Shown: positions 55,979 through 64,000 of the stretch, piece after piece | Numbering within the stretch: position 1 is the stretch's first letter | Layout: every line of letters starts with the position of its first letter | Assembly (NCBI GenBank): GCA_903928565.1 | Contig: CAIYRH010000018.1 | Span: 10,693-74,692 of the forward strand | DNA: 64,000 nucleotides | Direction: 5' to 3' | Origin: Candidatus Staskawiczbacteria bacterium | GTDB taxonomy: Bacteria; Patescibacteriota; Minisyncoccia; Minisyncoccales; Staskawiczbacteraceae | Translations under genes and position numbers: made by a program | The notes under the pieces: model-generated | Seen by the model: the letters and a program-made list of their open reading frames with translations, nothing else | Told to the model about the DNA's origin: nothing | The model's database searches: none

Positions 55979-57682
55979 TTAAACAACTTCTTGCTGGTAA
56001 CAGCCTTCACAATAAACTATTTCGGGACGATTTGGTGCATAGGAAGTTTGGATTGCAACATTGCATTTTGCGCAGTTTCTAGGCCACAGTTTTGGCGGAT
56101 TGATACGTGCCAAACGTTGCATGTGCCGACAATCTGAACAAAAATGAGGAACTGGGAATTCGAAACGGCGTAAAAGTGCAAGTTCGGCTGTTGTTATTTT
56201 AAAAGCTTTTCCACACAATTCGCAACCCAAAACTTCTTTTAATATTGAATCTTCCACATTTTTTATATTGTCGGAGATTTTATTGGCAGGTAGTGTAATA
56301 ACGTGATTACTTATTGCGGGGTCGCGCCACTTCCAGCCATTTTTTAAAACCTCTTCTTTTGAAAGTGGATAATACTGAATTGCTTGAGATTCGTTATATG
56401 CGAAAGGGCCTAAGTCATAAGGTAAAAAATCACCATAACGCCAAATTCTGCCAACTGAATCAATGTAGGGGTTTTTATTCATGTCTTCTATTATTTGCGC
56501 TCGCAAAGCTGTGTATTCTTCTGCCGAATATTGTTTGTTTAAAATTCTATATCGTTTCTTTTTTTGATTTATACAACCAAAAGAATATTGGCACGAAACA
56601 TTATACATTCCATATTCCACCTCCATAGTACCCTGATGCCATGCACCCAAAGTAAACCTAACCATGTCGGCCCCCTCGCCGACAGTAATTGAGTCTACAA
56701 CACGTTGAACGCCATTGCCCCATTCAGTGAGATCATAGATATCTTTAGCTGGAGGTATTGTTATAAATTGGCAGTATTTAGCATCTTCCAACTCGCGAGC
56801 CTGAAAACAATTGAGTGCATTCTTTGCACGATAAACATAATCTCCAGAAACATTTATACACTGTGCATCTTTGTGCATATATTTGTTTGGATATTGCAGC
56901 CAAAAATCATCAACAATTTTTTTGATCTTTAACAATTCGCTGTTACTGGCAAGATTATATTCTTTAATTTTTTCTAAATATTCTTCTTTGGTATATGGTT
57001 TATTAAAAATATAATATTTTTTATTGCGCAAATTAATGCAACCGAAACAATTGTCACAACCGATACAACTTTTTAAAAAATAAGATTCTGTGCACTTTGT
57101 GCAACTTTCGGAAAAAAATAACTTATAACCTTTGCTGTCTATGGCTTGATACATTAATTCTGACTCGCCCACCATATAGCAATCCATAGAATCTTTAACG
57201 CTTACCACAATGGTTGAATAATGAACATTTTCGCAAAAATCAGAATTAAAAACTAAGTAACAGTTTTTGGCACTTCCTGCATGATTAACATAATCACTAT
57301 TTATAAGTGTTGCGTGGTCATTTATTAGAGCCATATGCGGAGTTTTTTTCTGCAATTCAAGCATTTGCTCAAAAAATGGCACCGCTGGGTTGTATTCTAA
57401 AAAATGTTCGCCGTCGTCCCATTTGTCAGACCACCAACAGGCGGAACAATACATAATTAGTTTTGATTCCGGAGAAAAAATTGTCACAACATTTTCGCCA
57501 CATAAGTCACATTTTCTTTTATACAGAACTCTTTCGCTTCTACACATAATTCTACGCTGAAATCTGCAGGAAGGGCAAAATGTTGGAGCGGGAACTTTCA
57601 TTTTTTCGTAGAACGCAAAATCGTCGGGCTCAATTACGAACTCGTTTTTGCAGTTCTGACAAACTTTTGTTTGACTATCCAT
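55979..57682 (-). CDS. Cys-rich zinc-ribbon repeat protein, array member B
   Basis: MDSQTKVCQNCK; TSYAPNRPEIVYCEGCY. Confidence 0.88.
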   Translation of the reverse strand: MDSQTKVCQNCKNEFVIEPDDFAFYEKMKVPAPTFCPSCRFQRRIMCRSERVLYKRKCDLCGENVVTIFSPESKLIMYCSACWWSDKWDDGEHFLEYNPAVPFFEQMLELQKKTPHMALINDHATLINSDYVNHAGSAKNCYLVFNSDFCENVHYSTIVVSVKDSMDCYMVGESELMYQAIDSKGYKLFFSESCTKCTESYFLKSCIGCDNCFGCINLRNKKYYIFNKPYTKEEYLEKIKEYNLASNSELLKIKKIVDDFWLQYPNKYMHKDAQCINVSGDYVYRAKNALNCFQARELEDAKYCQFITIPPAKDIYDLTEWGNGVQRVVDSITVGEGADMVRFTLGAWHQGTMEVEYGMYNVSCQYSFGCINQKKKRYRILNKQYSAEEYTALRAQIIEDMNKNPYIDSVGRIWRYGDFLPYDLGPFAYNESQAIQYYPLSKEEVLKNGWKWRDPAISNHVITLPANKISDNIKNVEDSILKEVLGCELCGKAFKITTAELALLRRFEFPVPHFCSDCRHMQRLARINPPKLWPRNCAKCNVAIQTSYAPNRPEIVYCEGCYQQEVV

Positions 57683-57878
57683 AATTTTATTTTAGTATGT
57701 TTTTTCACGTGGCGTGAAAAAATATACTACAGTCACGTGTACTGTCAGGTTATCACGTGATAACCTGGAATTTGGTATTCCACTTTTTCGTGGAATGGCA
57801 GTACCCCTTCACTTTAATTTATTAAATTTTCACATTGAACAATTCTATGGAATTGTTTAATGATGGGATTGGCAATAT
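57683..57878. repeat. Conserved leader, palindrome copy 8 (57746-57767) and trailer
   Basis: Same elements as 54014-54218. Confidence 0.9.
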
Positions 57879-59534
57879 CTAGGCGACCTCGTTCTGGTAA
57901 CAGGTCTCGCAATAAACTATTTCCGGGCGGTCTGGGGCGTAGGAAGTTTCAAATTCGTTTTGACAACCTGCCTTCATGCATTTTCTGTGCCAAAGTTTAA
58001 AAGGCAGTCTCATTTCTCGGCGGGCACCTAGACGGCATTGAGGACACTCGCGTGGTAACGGCAATGAAAATCGTTTAAGATATTTTAATTCTTCTATAAC
58101 AATTTTATAGTTTCGTTTACAATATATGCATGAAAAGACTTCTTTAATAAAATCATCGTCGACATCTTTAATATTATCTGGAATATTTTCTGTTAAAACT
58201 GTCTCCTGGCTTGTGATTAAAGGCACATCCTCTTGCCAATGATAACCTTGTCTTAATGCTTCCTCTTTTGTAAGTGGATAATAATCGTTTGCGGCAGTCT
58301 CGTTATAACCAAAAGTGCTAAAATCTTTATCCATAAATAAAGCAAGCTCTTTTTTTTCTTCAATTTGTTTTTTTATGGTTTCATATTCGGCTTTTGAATA
58401 TTGTTTATTTAAAATACAATATTCTTTTCGCTTTAATCCAATGCAAGCAATGCAATTATTACATGAAATTAGGCTATCACACCAATCACAGAAGCTGGAA
58501 TTAAAAATATTGAAAGAATTTTTTATCATAGAACCTCCCTTAATCACTGCCGAACTGAAAATATTTTCCGTTGGTTGGGTGCCTACTGCATAGCTCCATT
58601 GAGCACTATTTGAATGGAGAATGCTGGCAACATTGCGCACATCTTGATTATCCGCACCATCAAAACACCAAAAATTTCTATCACAATTTTCGAGATAATT
58701 GCCAACACAGCCGTTAGATTTTAAGAAAAAAGCAAAGCGGTGGATAGCAACCTTCTTCAGCTCTTTATATTCGGAAAGCGAATTAAGATGAGTAACATAA
58801 CTGCCATTAAGAATTTTTTTACATTCTTTGAGATACTCTTCGCGCCCAACTTCTTTATTTCTAACGCAATAAGATTTATTCCGCAAATTATAACAAAAAA
58901 GACAGTTACTACAACCACGCAAGTCATAGCTAAAATAGCAATCTGAACAATCAGAAGAATCTTGAATATACGCAGAGTGATAAGACTTTATCACGTCTAC
59001 TGAATTGAGAATTAATTCGCTATCGGTTATTTTATGACAATCCATGCAATCTTTGTTGCCAACCATCCACATCGAATATAGGATATTCTCTGAATTCGAA
59101 ATTAAAAAAGAAAAATAGCAATTTTTAGAATCACGCACGTTGCTACCGTAAGTACAATTTGTAGAATTTAAAATAATGACAGCCTCCCGAGGAACTCTTT
59201 TTTGTAATTCAATAACCTGGTCAACAATTGAGCGACCAGAATCATAATTATTTCCATAAGATAGTCCATCCCATTGATCACTCCACCAACAGTCGTGACA
59301 AAAAATCGTATACGGTGATTTAGAATGATAAAGTGACATTGTTTTCTGTCCACAATGAGCACATTTACCCCAATATACCACTTTTTCGTTACGTAATACT
59401 TCTATTTGTGCCATGCCGCACTCATAACAGAATTCTAAAGGATTCACTTTCATTTTTTCATAAAACTCAAAATCATCGGGCTCAATTATGAAGTCCTTCT
59501 TGCAATTTTGACAAACTTTTGTTTGACTATCCAT
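57879..59534 (-). CDS. Cys-rich zinc-ribbon repeat protein, array member A
   Basis: MDSQTKVCQNCK; TSYAPDRPEIVYCETCYQNEVA. Confidence 0.88.
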   Translation of the reverse strand: MDSQTKVCQNCKKDFIIEPDDFEFYEKMKVNPLEFCYECGMAQIEVLRNEKVVYWGKCAHCGQKTMSLYHSKSPYTIFCHDCWWSDQWDGLSYGNNYDSGRSIVDQVIELQKRVPREAVIILNSTNCTYGSNVRDSKNCYFSFLISNSENILYSMWMVGNKDCMDCHKITDSELILNSVDVIKSYHSAYIQDSSDCSDCYFSYDLRGCSNCLFCYNLRNKSYCVRNKEVGREEYLKECKKILNGSYVTHLNSLSEYKELKKVAIHRFAFFLKSNGCVGNYLENCDRNFWCFDGADNQDVRNVASILHSNSAQWSYAVGTQPTENIFSSAVIKGGSMIKNSFNIFNSSFCDWCDSLISCNNCIACIGLKRKEYCILNKQYSKAEYETIKKQIEEKKELALFMDKDFSTFGYNETAANDYYPLTKEEALRQGYHWQEDVPLITSQETVLTENIPDNIKDVDDDFIKEVFSCIYCKRNYKIVIEELKYLKRFSLPLPRECPQCRLGARREMRLPFKLWHRKCMKAGCQNEFETSYAPDRPEIVYCETCYQNEVA

Positions 59535-59612
59535 AATTTTATTTTAGTATGTTTTTTCACGTGGCGTGAAAAAATACACTACTGTCACGTGTAATATCAC
59601 GTGTACTTTCAG
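59535..59612. repeat. Conserved leader (hairpin plus 12-bp repeats) of member A
   Basis: TAGTATGTTTTTTCACGTGGCGTGAAAAAATACACTA..GTCACGTGTAATATCACGTGTAC. Confidence 0.85.
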
Positions 59613-59616
59613 GGGG

Positions 59617-59790
59617 TTATTTTTTCCAATCTATGACGCTGATTGTTCGCCCTTTTAAGGCAACAACCACCTTTTGGTGCTCTTTCCAGCCAAGTTTTTG
59701 CACAATTTCAATTGGAAGAGTAATGCCTAGGGTTTTTCCCTTGCCTGTTTTAGTTAATTTCCTAATATTTTTTTCACTTAGATTTCTCAT
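59617..59790 (-). CDS. AbrB/MazE/SpoVT-like DNA-binding protein, 57 aa
   Basis: Manual translation MRNLSEKNIRKLTKTGKGKTLGITLPIEIVQKLGWKEHQKVVVALKGRTISVIDWKK. Confidence 0.85.
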   Translation of the reverse strand: MRNLSEKNIRKLTKTGKGKTLGITLPIEIVQKLGWKEHQKVVVALKGRTISVIDWKK

Positions 59791-59801
59791 GTTAAGTGTA
59801 C

Positions 59802-59829
59802 TGTCAAGTTAACCACGGTTAACCTGACA
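59802..59829. repeat. Palindrome family copy 9 (variant centre)
   Basis: TGTCAAGTTAACC-AC-GGTTAACCTGACA. Confidence 0.8.
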
Positions 59830-59842
59830 ATTAATTATTTTT

Positions 59843-59916
59843 TGGAGCCGCTTGCAAGAATCGAACTTGCGTCCACGCTTTACGAAAGCGTTGCTTTGCC
59901 ACTAAGCTAAAGCGGC
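59843..59916 (-). tRNA. tRNA-Thr(CGT), CCA encoded
   Basis: GCCGCTT/AAGCGGC acceptor, anticodon loop TTCGTAA, T-loop TTCGATT. Confidence 0.93.
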
Positions 59917-59993
59917 TGGAGCGAAAGACGGGAATCGCCCGGTGATAAACACCGGGCGCCCAGTGTTAATCACTGGGCGAACTACTGTTTCGC
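59917..59993 (-). other. tRNA-like 77-nt unit with palindromic doublet core
   Basis: GCGAAA...GATTCCCGTCTTTCGCTCCA ends; core CGCCCAGTGATTAACACTGGGCGCCCGGTGTTTATCACCGGGCG. Confidence 0.65.
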
Positions 59994-59994
59994 A

Positions 59995-60065
59995 AGCGAG
60001 TAACGGGAATCGGACCCGTATCTTATCCTTGGGAAGGATACGTTCTACCACTGAACCATACTCGC
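59995..60065 (-). tRNA. tRNA-Gly(CCC)
   Basis: GCGAGTA/TACTCGC acceptor, anticodon loop TTCCCAA; atypical T-loop TCCGATT. Confidence 0.88.
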
Positions 60066-60082
60066 GATATAAATATATTACC

Positions 60083-60496
60083 TTAATTTTTACTTTTAGA
60101 CCAGTTAAAAATTCCGGAAACCCAAGACGTAAAAGCCTCCCAGGCATTTTTTGGAGCCACTGGCGCGGGCGTTTTGGCAGGAGCTTTTACAAACATGTAT
60201 TCGGTTTCACCGGGCTTGGCTTGGCCAAATTGTTCGTAGCCAAGCTTTTCTAAGTAATCGGTTTCGCCGGCATTGGTAATTTGATTTTTCAATTTTTGAC
60301 TGTCGGTTTTTATTTCCTCTATTTGCTTTTTGTAAGTGTTAATTTGAGCAAGTAATTCTTGTTTTTTTCTGTAAATTTTAATATCTTGGACAATCATAAA
60401 CAAAACAAAGAAAATTAAAAAAACACCGCCAATTTTTAATAAAAGTTGCTGTTTGAAAGCTTCCCTATTCCCTTTTTTGTTAAAATCAGATACCAT
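60083..60496 (-). CDS. Septum formation initiator (FtsB/DivIC-like)
   Basis: TM plus coiled coil plus YLEKL..E.....KPGE. Confidence 0.8.
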   Translation of the reverse strand: MVSDFNKKGNREAFKQQLLLKIGGVFLIFFVLFMIVQDIKIYRKKQELLAQINTYKKQIEEIKTDSQKLKNQITNAGETDYLEKLGYEQFGQAKPGETEYMFVKAPAKTPAPVAPKNAWEAFTSWVSGIFNWSKSKN

Positions 60497-60520
60497 TAGA
60501 ATAATATATTAAAAAAATTT

Positions 60521-60616
60521 ATGAAAAGAAAAACAATATTTAAGATTACTTGGACAATTTTGATAAGCTTGGTGGCAATTGGTACAGTTTTGTTTTTGAT
60601 TGCACCAATTCTTTAG
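60521..60616 (+). CDS. 31-aa single-pass membrane peptide
   Basis: MKRKTIFKITWTILISLVAIGTVLFLIAPIL; bidirectional terminator about 60629-60660 follows. Confidence 0.55.
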   Translation: MKRKTIFKITWTILISLVAIGTVLFLIAPIL

Positions 60617-60669
60617 TGATTATATCATAAAAAAACCCGCTTTTAAAAGCGGGTTTTTTGTTTGATGTT

Positions 60670-61212
60670 TTAACCAAGTCCTATATTGTTGGCGGCAACT
60701 TCGTAAGTGCTTAATATTTTTTGAGCCTCTGCTGAAGGTATTTTATAATTAGGGTTATATACAATTGCATTTCTAACTTCGTGAGCGTGCAAAACTTCAC
60801 TTAAAAGTGGCTCTACTATTCTGCCTGCTTTTTGAATGCTTTCTTCAAAAGTGTCGCCCTCGTAGCCCCTGTTATCTAAAATTTCTGCCAAAAAATCGTC
60901 TGCGTCAATTATTGCTAATTTGTAGTCTGATTCTGCGCCAGATTCAATTCTTTTTCTAATTTTGTTCCACTGTTTTTGCATTTCGCGTTGACCATAGGCC
61001 TGCCAAGAAAAAAATTCTGTGACATCTTCTAAAAATTTGAATTGAAGCCACGAAGAATTCAACATAAAATAAATTACAAATATTAGAAAGAATGCCGAGA
61101 ATATAACAAAAATTAGCTTTACAGGAAAAAGCATATCTTGCAATTGCGAAGACGAAATAAAATAAATAAAATCTTTAATGTGTAGAAAATCGTAAAAATT
61201 ATCCCAGGTCAT
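60670..61212 (-). CDS. Conserved hypothetical membrane protein
   Basis: TM; W..I..R......YKLAIIDAD..L..IL...GY.G.T; AH.VRN.IV. Confidence 0.75.
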   Translation of the reverse strand: MTWDNFYDFLHIKDFIYFISSSQLQDMLFPVKLIFVIFSAFFLIFVIYFMLNSSWLQFKFLEDVTEFFSWQAYGQREMQKQWNKIRKRIESGAESDYKLAIIDADDFLAEILDNRGYEGDTFEESIQKAGRIVEPLLSEVLHAHEVRNAIVYNPNYKIPSAEAQKILSTYEVAANNIGLG

Positions 61213-61324
61213 TATATTATTGTAATATCATGCAGAAAAAAAAGCAAACCCTCCTTCGCCAAGGCTTCGGCGAGGCCAGGTAAAAAAAGAGCGACCGTGG
61301 TCGCTTAACTTGAAAAGAGGAAAA

Positions 61325-61543
61325 TTAAATTGCAAGATGGTTTAGCAAAAGGCGCAAAAGTTCACACGAATCTTCGTTGCGGTCAAACACAAACACAAAC
61401 TCGCCCCGCTCTTGCGCAAAGCTAAGTGCCCAATCAACGATGTTGGCATAAATGAACGCCAGTGCGCAGTGCGGTTTATTTCTAAGTGTTAAAACCAACA
61501 GTGGCTTATGAGATATAAGCCAATGAACAAATTCCTGTCTCAT
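61325..61543 (-). CDS. Small hypothetical protein, paralog of 61561..61836
   Basis: Start MRQEFVHW after GAAGGGAA; DWALSFAQERG versus EWAMRFAQATG. Confidence 0.6.
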   Translation of the reverse strand: MRQEFVHWLISHKPLLVLTLRNKPHCALAFIYANIVDWALSFAQERGEFVFVFDRNEDSCELLRLLLNHLAI

Positions 61544-61560
61544 TTTGTTCGTTTCCCTTC

Positions 61561-61836
61561 TTATTGAAATTGCGCTGGGTCGATGCCCTTTAGAATTTTC
61601 GCGTAACGTTTTTGGCAAAAGTGTAAGAGATCTTCATGAATGCGATGTCCAGGATAAAGTAACAACCCCGTTCCTGTTGCCTGCGCAAAACGCATTGCCC
61701 ACTCATAAAGCAAGCTTGAAAAATGTATTAGTATCTCGTCTGGGGACAACTTCATTGCCAACAAAAATTCGCCAATTGCTTCTTCCCCGCGACTTTCAAG
61801 ATCCTGTACGAACCATTTCATAAAATGAATATTCAT
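61561..61836 (-). CDS. Small hypothetical protein
   Basis: GAAGGGAA RBS; TTGACA promoter about 61909-61914. Confidence 0.6.
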   Translation of the reverse strand: MNIHFMKWFVQDLESRGEEAIGEFLLAMKLSPDEILIHFSSLLYEWAMRFAQATGTGLLLYPGHRIHEDLLHFCQKRYAKILKGIDPAQFQ

Positions 61837-61959
61837 TTCAATTTTCCCTTCAGTTTAGGTTTTCAAAGGCCAGTTGCATAATACAACATTATAATTTTTA
61901 TTGGCAAATGTCAATTTAAAGTAACAAAAAACCACTTATTTAAAGTGGTCTTAAGATAT

Positions 61960-62201
61960 TTATTGTTCAACAATGCACCTGACTTCGTTGTCTGGTTTTA
62001 CCTCTAAAAATCCGGAATTTATTGGGAAAAACTGTTCTTTTTTGTCTTTATCGATAAGTTTAATTACGCCGGCAGACAAAACGCTAATTAGCGCCTCGTG
62101 GTGGTCTAAAACAGTTATTTCGCCCATAATTGTTTGACAATTAAAACTGGAGGCTTCGCCCTGAAATAAAATATTTTTTAAGCTGTAGATTGAAAGTTTC
62201 A

Positions 62202-62202
<1 letters not shown>
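61960..62202 (-). CDS. atpC: ATP synthase epsilon subunit (short form, beta-sandwich only)
   Basis: T..GEITVL.HHE.LIS.L..G; SGFLEV; directly follows atpD. Confidence 0.88.
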
Positions 62203-63584
<1,382 letters not shown>

Positions 63585-63650
63585 TTATTTTTAAATTAAA
63601 GTTATAAGCGAGGCAATAAATTTTTTATTTAAAAGTTTGCTACCGAGCGA

Positions 63651-64000
63651 TTATGAAAGCGCTTCGGCTCCGGCGGAAATTTCTGAAATTTCTGTGGTAA
63701 TTTTGCTTTGTCGTGACTTATTATATTGTAAATTTAAGGCGTTACCTAATTCATTTGCGTTGTCTGACGCGGTTTTCATGGCCATTCGGCGTGCTGAATG
63801 TTCACTGGCGTTGGCCTCTAAAATTAAGTGGTAAACCTGTATAAAAAATAAATGTTTTGCCAATTTGTTTAAAACTTCTTGTGGCGAAGGTTCAATTAAA
63901 TAATCTGTGGTGCTGGCTTTGTTTGGCACAAAGTTTATATTGTGCTCTTTTATTAAATCGGCGAACTTTCCGCGTTCGGGAATTATTTCTTTTACGGTGT
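63651..64000 (-). CDS. atpG: ATP synthase F1 gamma subunit, 3' part (runs off window)
   Basis: EPS, SEHSARRMAMKTASDNA, YNKSRQSKITTEISEI. Confidence 0.93.
   Translation of the reverse strand, partial: TVKEIIPERGKFADLIKEHNINFVPNKASTTDYLIEPSPQEVLNKLAKHLFFIQVYHLILEANASEHSARRMAMKTASDNANELGNALNLQYNKSRQSKITTEISEISAGAEALS

Noticed and set aside
52436-59534. Array genes as DGR targets
   Set aside because: Divergence spans whole cores and is not adenine-specific; the C-termini are conserved; no TR was seen.
51394-59829. CRISPR array or classical integron
   Set aside because: Repeats are separated by whole genes, not 30-40-nt spacers, and no cas or intI gene is seen. The palindrome has GTT before AAC, opposite to attC geometry, and lacks extrahelical bases.

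Overview
AT-rich chromosomal window read in genetic code 11. Gene content suggests a CPR/Patescibacteria (Parcubacteria-like) genome; this is inference, not a database match. From left to right it holds: a cell-surface cluster of two paralogous giant proteins plus WxL/DUF916-like partners; adenylate kinase-like and ComEC-like genes; a CsoR-headed copper operon; a probable remote DGR target gene; iscR-iscS-iscU-mnmA; a Fur/PerR-SOD cluster; nrdAB with class Ic signatures; tgt; a SET-SET-peptidase-ATP-grasp operon; ftsEX; frameshifted prfB; three tRNAs; and atpG-atpD-atpC. The most unusual region is about 50.3-60.1 kb. It carries a tandem array of Cys-rich paralogs with near-identical 5' leaders and conserved ends, headed by an unannotated AbrB-like gene and punctuated by a recurrent palindrome (CAGGTTATCACGTGATAACCTG family, 9 copies in the window). 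It ends in a duplicated variable-gene slot in which a second prfB 5' end is fused in frame to an array C-terminus. Also notable are several short repeat families inserted in frame into housekeeping proteins, a tRNA-like RNA whose core is a palindromic doublet, and an AAAGGTCG motif about 29-30 nt upstream of small-gene starts. No CRISPR array, rRNA, integrase, transposase or reverse transcriptase was recognised.
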